Below are positions 1-10,351 of a stretch of DNA of 64,000 nucleotides, piece after piece (the stretch's first letter is position 1; each line of letters begins with the position of its first letter). The stretch spans positions 39,011-103,010 of the forward strand of contig JADHWI010000002.1 in the NCBI GenBank assembly GCA_016783565.1, written 5' to 3'. This DNA comes from Kiritimatiellia bacterium (GTDB lineage Bacteria; Verrucomicrobiota; Kiritimatiellia; UBA8416; JADHWI01). A model generated the notes under the pieces. It did no database searches. It was not told where the DNA came from and saw only the letters and a list, made by a program, of their open reading frames with translations. A program made the position numbers and the translations under genes.

Positions 1-14
1 GTAACCCGCACAAC

Positions 15-1253
15 ATGGCCATCTTCAGTTATAAAGCACGCAGTCGCAAGGGCGACAGGTCAGAAGGCTCGGTGGAAGCAACCGACCGACGTCATGCCAT
101 GCAACAAATTGAAGCCATGGGGCTGGTCCCGATCTCAGTCGTCGAAGGTACCGCTACGGTCACAGCAAAAAAAACGCCTTCCGGTCGTAAATTCAAGCTC
201 ACGTCAAGCCGACGCAAAATGTCCCAACGAGACGTACTCATTTTCACCACAGAATTAAGCGACCTGCTCGCTTCGGGCATGACCCTCGGCAATGCGCTCA
301 ACACATTGGCCAACCGTAAAACCGACACGGTCAACGATCGCATCATCGCTGAATTACGCGACGCCATCCTACGTGGATCAAGCTTATCGGAAGCGTTTGC
401 ACAACACCCCGCCACGTTTCCGCCCCTGTACGTCAACATGATCCGTGCAGGCGAAGCCAGCGGCGCGCTCGCAGAAGTCCTTCGTCGCCTGGTTCTGCAT
501 TTTGAACGCGTGCAAGACACCAAGGAAAAAGTTGTCATGGCCCTGGTGTATCCCATCATCGTTCTCGTTCTGGGCTTCGCGACCATGGTGTTTTCGCTTA
601 TTTTTGTAATTCCAAAGTTCGAAACTATTTTTAAAGACATGGGGCAAGCCTTGCCGCTTCCGACGCGCATCCTTATCGGCACCAGCAACTGGCTGGCCAA
701 CTATGGCCTGTTCGCCGCAGTGGCTATTGGCATCGGACTCGTGCTGGCAAACCGCGCCGTGAAAACCCCACGAGGCAAGCTGTGGTGGCATGGTGTCCTT
801 CTGCAAACACCGTTTATCCGCGGCGTCATTGCCTGCAGCATCTACGCCAATTTTGCCCATACGCTGGCCACCCTATTGGGCAACGGCGTGCATGTGCTGA
901 AAGCCCTGGGCATTGTAGAAGAAACGGTCGGCAATGCGGTCATCGCCCGAGAGCTGCACAATGCCCGTGACCGCGTCACCGATGGCGCCACCATCTCCAG
1001 CCCGTTGGCCGCCGGCAATGTCCTGCCCCGAATGATGACCGACATGCTGGCAATCGGCGAACAGACAGGAGATCTTGGAGGCGCACTCAAACACATTGCA
1101 CGCCGCTATGAGAATCAACTCGACCGCAATATCAAAATTTTCACAACCGCATTAGAGCCCATCCTGATCGTCTTTGTTGCGTTCATGGTGGGCTTTGTGG
1201 CCATCAGCATCCTGATGGCCGTGTTCAGCATGACCAATGGACTCGGGGCTTGA
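15..1253 (+). CDS. gspF: Type II secretion / type IV pilus inner-membrane platform protein (GspF/PilC family)
   Basis: 412 aa with cytoplasmic N-domain and three TM segments typical of GspF/PilC. Immediately followed by a pseudopilin gene cluster. Confidence 0.8.
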   Translation: MAIFSYKARSRKGDRSEGSVEATDRRHAMQQIEAMGLVPISVVEGTATVTAKKTPSGRKFKLTSSRRKMSQRDVLIFTTELSDLLASGMTLGNALNTLANRKTDTVNDRIIAELRDAILRGSSLSEAFAQHPATFPPLYVNMIRAGEASGALAEVLRRLVLHFERVQDTKEKVVMALVYPIIVLVLGFATMVFSLIFVIPKFETIFKDMGQALPLPTRILIGTSNWLANYGLFAAVAIGIGLVLANRAVKTPRGKLWWHGVLLQTPFIRGVIACSIYANFAHTLATLLGNGVHVLKALGIVEETVGNAVIARELHNARDRVTDGATISSPLAAGNVLPRMMTDMLAIGEQTGDLGGALKHIARRYENQLDRNIKIFTTALEPILIVFVAFMVGFVAISILMAVFSMTNGLGA

Positions 1254-1274
1254 AGAACGAAAGGAGACCCAGAC

Positions 1275-1676
1275 ATGAAAAACATAAAACAACGATCAAG
1301 AGCGGGCTTTACGCTGGTGGAAATTCTACTGGTAGTGGCCATCATCGGCATCCTCGCGGGTGTCGTGGCACTCAACACGGGCAGCCAGGCGGAAAAAGCA
1401 CGCGTGCGTGCCTGTCGAGCCAGCATTCACACGATCTGCGTGGCCATTGATACCTACCAGATGGACACGGGGCGATACCCCACCAGCATGGAAGGATTGA
1501 TCACCAGCCCCGGCGGATTGAACACCTGGGACGGCCCGTATATCCGGGGCGGTACCGAGGCGCTCATCGACCCGTGGGGGCAGCCCTTCGAGTACACCAG
1601 CCAGGCGAGCTCCTACCTGGTCCGTTCTCAGGGCGTACCGGGCAAGGGCGAGCCAATCACCAGTCACGAATTTTAA
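1275..1676 (+). CDS. gspG: Major pseudopilin GspG (prepilin-type N-terminal cleavage/methylation domain)
   Basis: N-terminus GFTLVEILLVVAIIGILAG is a classic prepilin signal with a G-F-T-L-x-E motif. RBS AAAGGAG lies upstream. 133 aa. Confidence 0.85.
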   Translation: MKNIKQRSRAGFTLVEILLVVAIIGILAGVVALNTGSQAEKARVRACRASIHTICVAIDTYQMDTGRYPTSMEGLITSPGGLNTWDGPYIRGGTEALIDPWGQPFEYTSQASSYLVRSQGVPGKGEPITSHEF

Positions 1677-1724
1677 GGCAACGCCAGGACCTGGCGACAC
1701 ATTGCAGCAAGGGATCGCACTCCG

Positions 1725-2321
1725 ATGCGGCACACGCATGGCCATCACAAGGGATTCTCGCTCATCGAGCTTGTGCTCGTCATAGCCGTCATAGCCATTG
1801 CGTCTATCGTTGTGGTCCCTCAATTCTTTCGCTCCATGCGCGGCAACCGGTTGCGAGCTGCCGCACGGTCGATCATCGTAGCTGGTCGCTATGCGCGCAG
1901 CATGGCCGTGATGAAGCAGCAGGCCATGGTCATGGAATTCAACCTGGACCGCTCAGAGATATCCGTACGACCCGCTCGCGCGAAAACCGAGGAACCGATT
2001 GCACCCGATGCTGATGATGCCTTCACGACTTCCGTCATTCCCGATGCCACGCCGGCCGTACTGACCGAGGATGTCAACAGCGAAGACATTGAGGGCACGG
2101 GGGACGCAGAAATCAAACGACTCCTGGACCGCGTCACCATCGTCAGCGTGGACGTGGACGGTGTCGAAGCCATGGAGCAAGACAACATCGTCACTATCCA
2201 ATACGGGAACAATGGCCGCTGTACGCCCTATAGCGTCCTGATCAAGGACGAGTTCGATACCGCCATACGGGTGGACGTCGACCACCTGGCAGGCATCGAG
2301 ACCGAACGGCTGGAACTATGA
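1725..2321 (+). CDS. Minor pseudopilin, GspH-like
   Basis: KGFSLIELVLVIAVIAI prepilin N-terminus. Second pseudopilin in a G-H-I-J-K order. Confidence 0.6.
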   Translation: MRHTHGHHKGFSLIELVLVIAVIAIASIVVVPQFFRSMRGNRLRAAARSIIVAGRYARSMAVMKQQAMVMEFNLDRSEISVRPARAKTEEPIAPDADDAFTTSVIPDATPAVLTEDVNSEDIEGTGDAEIKRLLDRVTIVSVDVDGVEAMEQDNIVTIQYGNNGRCTPYSVLIKDEFDTAIRVDVDHLAGIETERLEL

Positions 2322-2719
2322 TGAAGCATACGCATTACAAGCGAGGAATGACGCTTATCGAAGTCCTGCTGGCATCTGTCATTCTTGGGACAGGGCTGGC
2401 CGCCCTACTCACAGCGACCTCGCGCTGCCTGATCGTGATGCGTCGCTCGCAGGAATACCAGCAGGCACAATGGGCTTTGACACAAGGAGAGCTTGAGTTC
2501 CCTATTCTCTATGCGGAAGACATCATGGATCAGGACGTATCCGGCGAGGACTACGACGGCTACACCTTCTCGCGCGAAATCGAAGATGACGAGGATGAAG
2601 ATGGCCTATACCTTGTGCGTTCCAAAGTCACCTGGGAAAGCGCCGGACGTGAAAAGATTGAAGAAGTCGTCGAATACGTATATCAACCGGAAAGCGAAAG
2701 CGACGAGGTGAGCCCATGA
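2318..2719 (+). CDS. Minor pseudopilin, GspI-like
   Basis: RGMTLIEVLLASVILG prepilin N-terminus. 133 aa. 4-nt overlap with the upstream gene. Confidence 0.55.
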   Translation: MMKHTHYKRGMTLIEVLLASVILGTGLAALLTATSRCLIVMRRSQEYQQAQWALTQGELEFPILYAEDIMDQDVSGEDYDGYTFSREIEDDEDEDGLYLVRSKVTWESAGREKIEEVVEYVYQPESESDEVSP

Positions 2720-3468
2720 CGACCTCGCGAGCCAACACGAACCGACGGATTCAATATACCCGCCAGGGCTTCACTCTGTTGGAAATTCTCCTGGCGATCT
2801 CTCTACTGGCTGTGATCACAGTTGTCACCTACATGACCTTTGGCGTTGTTGTCGGCTCCTGGCAGCGAGGCACTCGACTCGTGGAAAGGCTGCATCACGG
2901 CGATTTCATCATGGATCAGCTCGTCATGGGACTCCATTCATCCTATTTCCCGGACGGAGCCGGCACCTCCACACGCTACGGGATGTGGCTTGAGGACGAG
3001 GGCGATGGCGAGTCCACTAGCGACATCATGAGCTGGGTCAAGATCGGCAGCTCCCTTGTCGGAAAGTCCGCCGCATTTGAAGGCACGCCCCACCGCGTCA
3101 CGTTTTACGTAACCGATGACGAAGACGGCGAGCCATCCGCTGCCGTAAAGGCATGGCGCCTGGATGGACAATCGGAAGATTTTGATCCGGAGGAGGACGT
3201 TGAACCCGTCTTTCTTTCGCGTCAGGTTGTGGGATTCAATTGCCGGACCATTTCCCCCGAAGACATTGATGAAGAAGATGGAGAGTTCGAATGGCAGGAC
3301 GAATGGGAATACACCAACGACCTGCCTCTTGCCGTGGAGTTGACCGTATACGTCACACCCGTTGAGAAAGACGGCGATCCGATTCCCATCCAGAGAATCC
3401 TCAAAATCCCGGTGGCCTACCTCTGCGAGCCCTGGACCAAAACCGGTGAAGGGGATGTAGAACCATGA
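2716..3468 (+). CDS. Minor pseudopilin, GspJ-like
   Basis: QGFTLLEILLAISLLAV prepilin N-terminus. 250 aa with acidic C-terminal region. Overlapping start/stop with neighbours. Confidence 0.55.
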   Translation: MTTSRANTNRRIQYTRQGFTLLEILLAISLLAVITVVTYMTFGVVVGSWQRGTRLVERLHHGDFIMDQLVMGLHSSYFPDGAGTSTRYGMWLEDEGDGESTSDIMSWVKIGSSLVGKSAAFEGTPHRVTFYVTDDEDGEPSAAVKAWRLDGQSEDFDPEEDVEPVFLSRQVVGFNCRTISPEDIDEEDGEFEWQDEWEYTNDLPLAVELTVYVTPVEKDGDPIPIQRILKIPVAYLCEPWTKTGEGDVEP

Positions 3469-4499
3469 GACACCCCGCAAAACGCGCCTCCGGATCTGCC
3501 TTGATCGTGGTCCTCTGGGTTATGGGACTGCTATCCGTACTGATCGCATCCTTCGCTTTTGACGCCCATGTCGAGGCGCGGATTATCGGCTACTATCGCC
3601 GACGCACGAAAGCCGAATACCTGTCCCGGTCTGGACTGGAAGTTGCACGCATGCTGATGGCCAAGAGCCGCAAGGTCTCGGAAGACGACGAAGATGCTGA
3701 GGATTTGTGGCTTGAAGATGCCAAGCGGTTGAAAAAGGGGAAAATCTCCGGACTGAAACGTGAGCTCTCCGAAGGCATCATCAAACTCGACATCATCCCC
3801 GAACCGGCGCGCCGCAACATTAACAGCCTGGGTGGAACCCCGGACCTTATTGTCGAAAACCTGGAACGCATACTGGAGGTGGGAGGCATCCCCGAAGACT
3901 TGTGGCCGGAGCTTATCGAATCGTTTCTGGACTGGACCGACAAAGACGGTGTGCCACGATTTGATGGCGCGGAGACCGAAGACTATTACGAAACACTTGA
4001 GCCGCCCTACCAGGCAAAGAACGGGCCGCTTGACACGGTTGGCGAATTATTGCTGATCAAAGGATGGAACCGAACCATTCTTGATGGCGGCGAACTGAAG
4101 ATGGATGGAATCGAAGGCATCATGATCAGCGGCATCGGCGACCTGCTGACCACATATGGCAGCGGCAAAGTCAACGTTAATGCAGCCTCACCCCGAGTAT
4201 TAAAAACACTTCCAGGCGTTGACGATCTTGTTGCGGGCGCTATTATTGAAGAACGAGAAGGTTTTATTGCGGATGACGGCAAAAAGGAAGAAACACCATT
4301 TAAGAATGCACAGGACTTGATTAATCGATTACCGGACATGAATGCAGCTTTGAAAGATTATGTAGAGACAGATTCGTCCGTTTATCGTATTACATCTGTT
4401 GGTGAAGTCAGCGATGTGAGTCGAGAAGTGTGGTGTATCGCAGAATTTGATGCAGGAAAAAGCGAGCTGAGAATCAAACGCTGGCGCGAAGAGGACTAA
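3465..4499 (+). CDS. gspK: Type II secretion minor pseudopilin GspK
   Basis: 344 aa with N-terminal hydrophobic segment GSALIVVLWVMGLLSVLIASFAF but no canonical Glu5, as in GspK. Position after G-H-I-J. Confidence 0.65.
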   Translation: MRHPAKRASGSALIVVLWVMGLLSVLIASFAFDAHVEARIIGYYRRRTKAEYLSRSGLEVARMLMAKSRKVSEDDEDAEDLWLEDAKRLKKGKISGLKRELSEGIIKLDIIPEPARRNINSLGGTPDLIVENLERILEVGGIPEDLWPELIESFLDWTDKDGVPRFDGAETEDYYETLEPPYQAKNGPLDTVGELLLIKGWNRTILDGGELKMDGIEGIMISGIGDLLTTYGSGKVNVNAASPRVLKTLPGVDDLVAGAIIEEREGFIADDGKKEETPFKNAQDLINRLPDMNAALKDYVETDSSVYRITSVGEVSDVSREVWCIAEFDAGKSELRIKRWREED

Positions 4500-4510
4500 G
4501 GACGAGCCAA

Positions 4511-5902
4511 GTGGCTAAAGATCGTATAAACAGCATTATTATCGGGAAAGACGGCTTTGAATGGTCCGTTGTGAGCTCCGCTTCGCGTGGACATGGGCGC
4601 GTGACACAATCCGGAAAAGAGATTTTTCCTGAGCCTCCTGTATCCGAGGACGCCCCGACGGAAGGCGTCTTAACACTGACAGAGAAATTCTCCACACTGA
4701 CGCCACCATTTAAAGGCAACGCTACCCTGGGGGTTCCCTCCGCGCACGTCCTGGCACGCGTCGTATCCCTACCACACGGTCCTCCTGAAGAAACTGCGGC
4801 GATGGCAGAACTTCAGGCCGACAAGTTTTCCCCCTTCCCCATCGATGTCCTTGCCGTGTCGCATGAAATAATTCAGGAGGGCGAGGAAGAGGACACCGTT
4901 CTGATCTGCGCTGTAAAAGAATCCATACTGGAAGAGGCGCGTGCTGCACTTGAACCCATTGGCATACGGATCAAAAGAGTCGATGCTGCTATTCTGGGTT
5001 GGTGGCACCTTCTCAAAAGTGCTGGTTGCATCCCGGATGCCGGACGGCATATTTTTGTCCTGCTAACCGAACCTGTCGTACAATTGATCGGGATAGATAA
5101 CGGAAACCCGGTGGCTTTCCGCGCACTGACCTTTTCCCCATCAGACCCCATTGATCTTCTTGCGTCAGAACTTGCGAGCGAAGTCAATTATTCCTTGATG
5201 TCTCTTGAGATGGAAAAAGGACCACGCGCGGGACACGGCATTACTCTTTGTGCACACGGCGACATTCAGGACGAATGGCACCAGGCTCTGGAGGCAGCGC
5301 TGGAACAAACGACACACACCGAAGATTTGGACAAGCTTGGCCGTGCGGCGGATGGCATTGCTCACCGAACGAGTCATGCCGAACCACGTTTGGACATGAC
5401 CCCCCAGGCATGGCAGAGCGAGGAGGAATCAAACCGCTTCAAACGACACTTGCTCAGAAGCGCTGCCGCGGTCCTGTTCTTATGGCTAACAGTTGTCGGC
5501 GGCTTGGCGGGAACCTTCACCTATCAGAAAAAGCAACTGGACGCACTTACCATAAAGCGAGATCTATGGAACCAACAGGCCATGGAGGTGCGCGAATTAC
5601 GACGACGCGTCGTCACCATTCAAGCCTACACCAATCAAACGCACTCTGCGCTGGAATGCTTACGCGAGATTGCACAGCTTCAGACCCGCGGAGTGGAGCT
5701 CAACTCACTCACTTATCGCAAAGGCGACAGCATCCACCTGTCAGGGTCCGCCAGTGCAGAGAGCTTCATTTACGACTTTAACGACAAACTGAAAAGCTCT
5801 GGACTCTTCCCTACAACAGAGCTCGGGCCCGCAAAACTCAACCCAAAGACCAGACGGCGGGAATTCGACCTGACCGTTGATCTTCCGGGAGGTGAGTCAT
5901 GA
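4511..5902 (+). CDS. GspL-like assembly protein (cytoplasmic actin-like PilM-type domain, single TM, periplasmic domain)
   Basis: GTG start. 463 aa with one TM near residue 320 (LLRSAAAVLFLWLTVVGGLAG). Lies between gspK and a GspM-like gene. Confidence 0.45.
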   Translation: MAKDRINSIIIGKDGFEWSVVSSASRGHGRVTQSGKEIFPEPPVSEDAPTEGVLTLTEKFSTLTPPFKGNATLGVPSAHVLARVVSLPHGPPEETAAMAELQADKFSPFPIDVLAVSHEIIQEGEEEDTVLICAVKESILEEARAALEPIGIRIKRVDAAILGWWHLLKSAGCIPDAGRHIFVLLTEPVVQLIGIDNGNPVAFRALTFSPSDPIDLLASELASEVNYSLMSLEMEKGPRAGHGITLCAHGDIQDEWHQALEAALEQTTHTEDLDKLGRAADGIAHRTSHAEPRLDMTPQAWQSEEESNRFKRHLLRSAAAVLFLWLTVVGGLAGTFTYQKKQLDALTIKRDLWNQQAMEVRELRRRVVTIQAYTNQTHSALECLREIAQLQTRGVELNSLTYRKGDSIHLSGSASAESFIYDFNDKLKSSGLFPTTELGPAKLNPKTRRREFDLTVDLPGGES

Positions 5903-6441
5903 AAATGACACCCCGTGAAATCGCACTGCTTCTAGCCACCATGGCTGCCGCATTGTTCGGCATCACATTTGTTCTCATACAACGCAAGATTCCGGAATGG
6001 CGCTCCATTCGACAACAGCAGGTGGAAATGCACCAGCAAATCGAGCGCGATCGCAACATGATAGGTAAGCGCGCAGGTTGGCTGAAACAGTTCGAAGATC
6101 TCAGCAGCGCCCTGCCGAACTTTAATGCCGATGCCCGCAACGTGGAGTCACATTGGCTACGCCTTATGAGCAACAAAGCCGGAACACATGGCGTCACAAT
6201 CAAAGAGAGCGATGCGGGCGACGAACGTCCCATGGGAGACGTGTACGAACTCCCGATCGAGTGCAAAAGTTGGGAAGGCACATTGTCGGCATTAACCTAT
6301 TTCCTATTTGATCTGCAAGCCGAAGGTGCTATGCTGGATGTCCGCTATCTGAGAGTAAAGCCCAAACCGGGAAAACAGGTGCTGAGTGGGCGCTTCTCAC
6401 TGTTGTGCGCATACACAAGAAGCTCGCAGAACAATAAATGA
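5899..6441 (+). CDS. GspM/PilO-like bitopic inner-membrane protein
   Basis: 180 aa with N-terminal TM (IALLLATMAAALFGITFVLI). 4-nt overlap with the upstream gene. Located just before the secretin. Confidence 0.4.
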   Translation: MKMTPREIALLLATMAAALFGITFVLIQRKIPEWRSIRQQQVEMHQQIERDRNMIGKRAGWLKQFEDLSSALPNFNADARNVESHWLRLMSNKAGTHGVTIKESDAGDERPMGDVYELPIECKSWEGTLSALTYFLFDLQAEGAMLDVRYLRVKPKPGKQVLSGRFSLLCAYTRSSQNNK

Positions 6442-6479
6442 GAAGCCCCCTCAACCCGTGACGCGGAGAATGTAAGACT

Positions 6480-8864
6480 ATGAAACAGCGCAACGCGCAA
6501 CAAATGACAGCATTGTTGATTGGCGTATTTCTAGCCGGATACGCCTTTTGGATGGTGGAACAGGGCCTCGCCCAGACGCCCGCACCACCCTCAAGGCTCC
6601 CTGCCGTGCCACCCACGCTTCCCGCAGGCACGATGCAACCTTCGGCACAGGATGCAGAAGACAAAACCGCCACACCAGAATCCTACAGCCTGAAGTTTGA
6701 AAGCGCACCTATGGAACTGGTGCTACAGGATTACAGTGATACCATCGGTCGAACACTGTTACTCGGTCCGGGCATTCCAAAAGCAAACCTAAGCCTACGC
6801 AGTGTGGGCGAACTCTCTAAAACCGAATACCTCAACGCCATCGAAAGCGTTCTGGCTATGCACGGCATTGCCCTGCTCAAAGAAGGCGAGAAATTTATCC
6901 GCGTGGTCCCGATCAACACCGCACGCAAAGAAGGAACGCTGCGCATCAGTGAAACCATGCCCGAAGAGCCGCTTCCAGAGGACAGCGAGCTCATCAGCCA
7001 AATGATCCAGTTGCGTCATATTGACATCAACGAAGCCAATCAGGTTATTGATCCTGTCAAACATGCCTACGGCACCGTGCAACTCTTCGAGCGAACCAAT
7101 AGCATCCTCGTCACTGACGATGCCGCAACCGTCAACCGCATTATGCAATTAATTCGATTTATTGATCAACCGGTTGAAACGCGTGAAGAGACACACATTC
7201 TTCAAATCCGGCACGCCAAGGCTTCTGACATCAAAAGCAAGCTGGAGGAGATCATTGCCGAGGTACAGAAAGATCAGCAACAAAAGAAGGCCACCGCTGC
7301 CAAACCTAAATCCAGCGGCCAACCCGGCGTCATTTCCCAAGTTCCAGGAGTGATCCGTGCACGACCGACCGTAAAGCCCGTCATCACCCCCGAAGCAGTC
7401 GCTGAACTTGTTGCCCAGGCAGAGCGCGGGATTATTCGCGGTGCTGTTAAAATCATCTCCGATGACCGCACCAATATCCTTATTATCCTCACGCGGCCTG
7501 AAAACATGAATTTCTTTGAGAAAATTGTTCTCACACTTGACATCGCCACCGATCCCGACGTGTTGGTGGAAGTCTATCGTCTTGAGTATGCTGATGCGAA
7601 AGATGTCGCAGGAATGCTCAATGATCTGATTGGTGCCGCTGGATCAAAAGACGATGCAAACGCCCCGGCGGGAGCCGCCAAAAACACAGCAGCGAACGAT
7701 AGCAGAAGCAAAGCCCTTCGCGATTATATCGCCAAACGCCCCCAGTCCGCAGGAGGCGATCAGGCATCCAAGGTCGGAGAATTATCTGAAAAGAACATTA
7801 AGGTCCTTGCGGATGAACGAACAAATGCCCTGATCATCATGGCCAGCAAAGCAGACCAATTCACGCTTTCGCGTATTGTTGACGACATGGACATGATGCT
7901 ATCACAGGTGTTAATCGAATCCGTCATCCTTGAGATTCAACTCAACGATAGTATTGCAACAGGAATAGACTGGGTTCAGCGCGCTTTCGTCGGTTATGAC
8001 GGGGACGACCCCAAGATCGCATGGGCCGGCGGTGGAGGAGGCGGTTCCGATAGCCCCACACCGACCGCATCCTTGACGGGGACGGACGGACTCAATAGCA
8101 GAGTCGGCTCCGGTCTCTCTTTTTTCCTGACACTTTTTGATCTCAATATCGATGCCGTAATCTCTTTGTCTTCCAGCGACAGTAACAGCAAGGTCATCTC
8201 GGCACCGGTCATCATGACAACCGACAATACTGAAGCCATGATCAAGTCGACAGACAAGATATATGTTCTCGACAGCGTGACATATCGCAACACCATAAGC
8301 GGCGGAAGTAGCGGCAACGACTACCAAAACTACAGCAAAGAAGATGTCGGAATTCAGATCAAGGTCACTCCGCACATCAACGAAAACAAAGTCGTGATGA
8401 TGGAAATCGAAGAAGAGCTCAGCGAACCCGGTGATGCGGGCACCCACGTGGAGAGTCTGGCCGGAACAACCGCTTATAAAGAACGATCCATCTCGGCCAG
8501 CATTGCGGTCCAGAGCGGACAGACCATTGTTCTCGGTGGGTTGGTACGAGAAGAAAAAAGCAACGCCCAAACCAAGATTCCATTTCTCGGAGACATCCCA
8601 CTCTTTGGTCGACTTTTTAAATATCGTTCCGATGATAAGGCCCGAACAGAAACCGTGGTTTTCTTAACGCCCACAGTTCTTGATACGCCGGAAGAGATTG
8701 CACGCGAGTCTAAACGTCGCAAGGATGCGCTCTCAGACCAGGGTATCTGGAAAGAAGGATGGTCCAACAGTCGCCTGGCCGAGCCCGCAACAGACAATAT
8801 CCCCGCTACGGAAGATCGCGCCATGTGGGATCTCAATCTCATCTCACCCAAACAGGCGAACTGA
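6480..8864 (+). CDS. gspD: Type II secretion system secretin GspD
   Basis: 794 aa with signal peptide, N0/N1-N3 domains, Gly/Ser-rich linker and C-terminal secretin domain (…VLGGLVREEKSNAQTKIPFLGDIPLFGRLF…). Confidence 0.85.
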   Translation: MKQRNAQQMTALLIGVFLAGYAFWMVEQGLAQTPAPPSRLPAVPPTLPAGTMQPSAQDAEDKTATPESYSLKFESAPMELVLQDYSDTIGRTLLLGPGIPKANLSLRSVGELSKTEYLNAIESVLAMHGIALLKEGEKFIRVVPINTARKEGTLRISETMPEEPLPEDSELISQMIQLRHIDINEANQVIDPVKHAYGTVQLFERTNSILVTDDAATVNRIMQLIRFIDQPVETREETHILQIRHAKASDIKSKLEEIIAEVQKDQQQKKATAAKPKSSGQPGVISQVPGVIRARPTVKPVITPEAVAELVAQAERGIIRGAVKIISDDRTNILIILTRPENMNFFEKIVLTLDIATDPDVLVEVYRLEYADAKDVAGMLNDLIGAAGSKDDANAPAGAAKNTAANDSRSKALRDYIAKRPQSAGGDQASKVGELSEKNIKVLADERTNALIIMASKADQFTLSRIVDDMDMMLSQVLIESVILEIQLNDSIATGIDWVQRAFVGYDGDDPKIAWAGGGGGGSDSPTPTASLTGTDGLNSRVGSGLSFFLTLFDLNIDAVISLSSSDSNSKVISAPVIMTTDNTEAMIKSTDKIYVLDSVTYRNTISGGSSGNDYQNYSKEDVGIQIKVTPHINENKVVMMEIEEELSEPGDAGTHVESLAGTTAYKERSISASIAVQSGQTIVLGGLVREEKSNAQTKIPFLGDIPLFGRLFKYRSDDKARTETVVFLTPTVLDTPEEIARESKRRKDALSDQGIWKEGWSNSRLAEPATDNIPATEDRAMWDLNLISPKQAN

Positions 8865-8967
8865 AAATAGGTCCGACCGGCCGGACCACTAAACATCCGG
8901 CTCCCAAGATAGGGTGGTCAGTCCCTTGACCGCCGTGGCTCCGTGCGTATCTCTATTGCCCACATCC

Positions 8968-8989
8968 GGACGGCAGGGGACTGCCGTCC
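8968..8989. terminator. GC-rich hairpin (9-bp stem, GGGA loop) between convergent genes; possible bidirectional terminator without U-tract
   Basis: GGACGGCAG-GGGA-CTGCCGTCC perfect stem. A second hairpin GGTCCG-ACCGGC-CGGACC lies at 8870..8887. Neither has a flanking T-run. Confidence 0.3.
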
Positions 8990-9047
8990 CTACCACCAAA
9001 GCAAAATATGTAGCGGATCAACTTCCAAACCTGAACTGCAAACGTCC

Positions 9048-9662
9048 CTATGGCTCAACCGTGATAACTCCAGTGCCCTCAGGTTGCTCTTCAATCACCA
9101 GGGTTGATCCCAGAATGCTGTAAGGCTTACCCAATTCTACATTCGTAATGATGGTTGTGTTACTTGAAACGCGATCCGTAATCATGAGCTGAAACTTTGT
9201 GGGCGGCTCCGGCAACGGAGCCGCATCTTTATTGGCTGCATCATTGTACGTTCTCACTGCACGCACATCTGTCACGATGACCGCAGGCTCCTTGCGCTCG
9301 CCACGGCCCCGATATCCAGTGAAAAGAAATACCGTATTCTTTGTGGTTTTGAGTAATTTGCCAAACGCCTTAGAGTCCTGCATACAATATATATCATCAA
9401 ACGCCAGGCCGGTTTCCGGATCTGTCACCTGAAACCGACTGTACCCTTTTCCACGCAGAAAAATCTGCGTTACCTCGCGCAATCCCGTGGTCGCATTGTA
9501 TTCGGCTCGCAGCACAACCCGGTCACGGTTATCCAGGGACCCTACCGCAGCCCTGAGATAAGGCACCGTCACTTCTTTCGTTTGAGCCCGCACCATCCCG
9601 CAATGTACAAACAAACTCAACGCGAGAACCATTATCCATGTTAATCGAGTCTTCTTCATCAT
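9048..9662 (-). CDS. Secreted hypothetical protein (signal peptide)
   Basis: Internal start MMKKTRLTWIMVLALSLFVHCGMVRAQ is a signal peptide, preceded by a strong SD GGGAGGGA. The longer ORF to 9758 is likely a 5' over-extension. Confidence 0.45.
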   Translation of the reverse strand: MMKKTRLTWIMVLALSLFVHCGMVRAQTKEVTVPYLRAAVGSLDNRDRVVLRAEYNATTGLREVTQIFLRGKGYSRFQVTDPETGLAFDDIYCMQDSKAFGKLLKTTKNTVFLFTGYRGRGERKEPAVIVTDVRAVRTYNDAANKDAAPLPEPPTKFQLMITDRVSSNTTIITNVELGKPYSILGSTLVIEEQPEGTGVITVEP

Positions 9663-9772
9663 TCCCTCCCGCATAACCTGATAAACAGGTGAATACTTAC
9701 CCCTGCACGCCATAAAGTATAAACACATGCAAACCTGAAAACCAGACGCGATTCGCACACAACGGATTCATT

Positions 9773-10351
9773 CTACCCCATGCAGAGGGAAGCGCTGTGC
9801 TCCAATGTGTATTCCGCCCCTGTTGAACTAAGCACACTTCGATAGACTTGAACCTGCTCAACCACCATGGAACCAAAGGACTGATCACGCATTCCGTTCA
9901 GACATTTCTGCAACGCGTCCAGATTATGCGCACCACGTACCCGACCTAACGTAATATGCCCGCGAAAAGGACGACGATCCAAAGTAATGTCGAGCATGCC
10001 GGCAGCCTGAAACGCACTATTATAGAGTTCAGCCAGTCGCGAATGCTGTTCCAACCCCGCCCAGACAACCCGCGGATGACCAGGACGACCAAATGTGCCC
10101 ACCCGCGACACTTCCAACGTAAAACGGGGAATACACGCCACACATGCGTCGAGACCATCACATAGCTTCTGAAGCTCATCGCGTGTAATATTCCCTAAAA
10201 AAACCAAAGAACAATGCAGGTTCCTGCCAGGCACCCAGGTAACATGTGCACCAGTACCAGCCATTTTCCTTATGGCACGCTCCAGTCCAATCCGCACCAT
10301 CTGCCCAGGATCAAGTGCCACAAAACTACGAATGCTCCCGTCTGCTTTCAT
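9773..10351 (-). CDS. thpR: RNA 2',3'-cyclic phosphodiesterase / 2'-5' RNA ligase (ThpR/LigT, 2H phosphoesterase)
   Basis: Two H-x-[ST]-x motifs (HCSLVFLG and HITLGRV) at LigT spacing. Start chosen at MKADGS; the ORF track extends it to 10480. Confidence 0.75.
   Translation of the reverse strand: MKADGSIRSFVALDPGQMVRIGLERAIRKMAGTGAHVTWVPGRNLHCSLVFLGNITRDELQKLCDGLDACVACIPRFTLEVSRVGTFGRPGHPRVVWAGLEQHSRLAELYNSAFQAAGMLDITLDRRPFRGHITLGRVRGAHNLDALQKCLNGMRDQSFGSMVVEQVQVYRSVLSSTGAEYTLEHSASLCMG

Noticed and set aside
8017-8060. GGTGGAGGAGGCGGTTCC-type short repeats that might look like a tandem repeat
   Set aside because: They simply encode a poly-Gly/Ser linker (AGGGGGGSDSP) inside the secretin; not a separate repeat element.
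7911-8570. 219-aa ORF on the - strand
   Set aside because: Antisense to the secretin gene gspD. The composition-driven frame is open only because of codon bias on the other strand.
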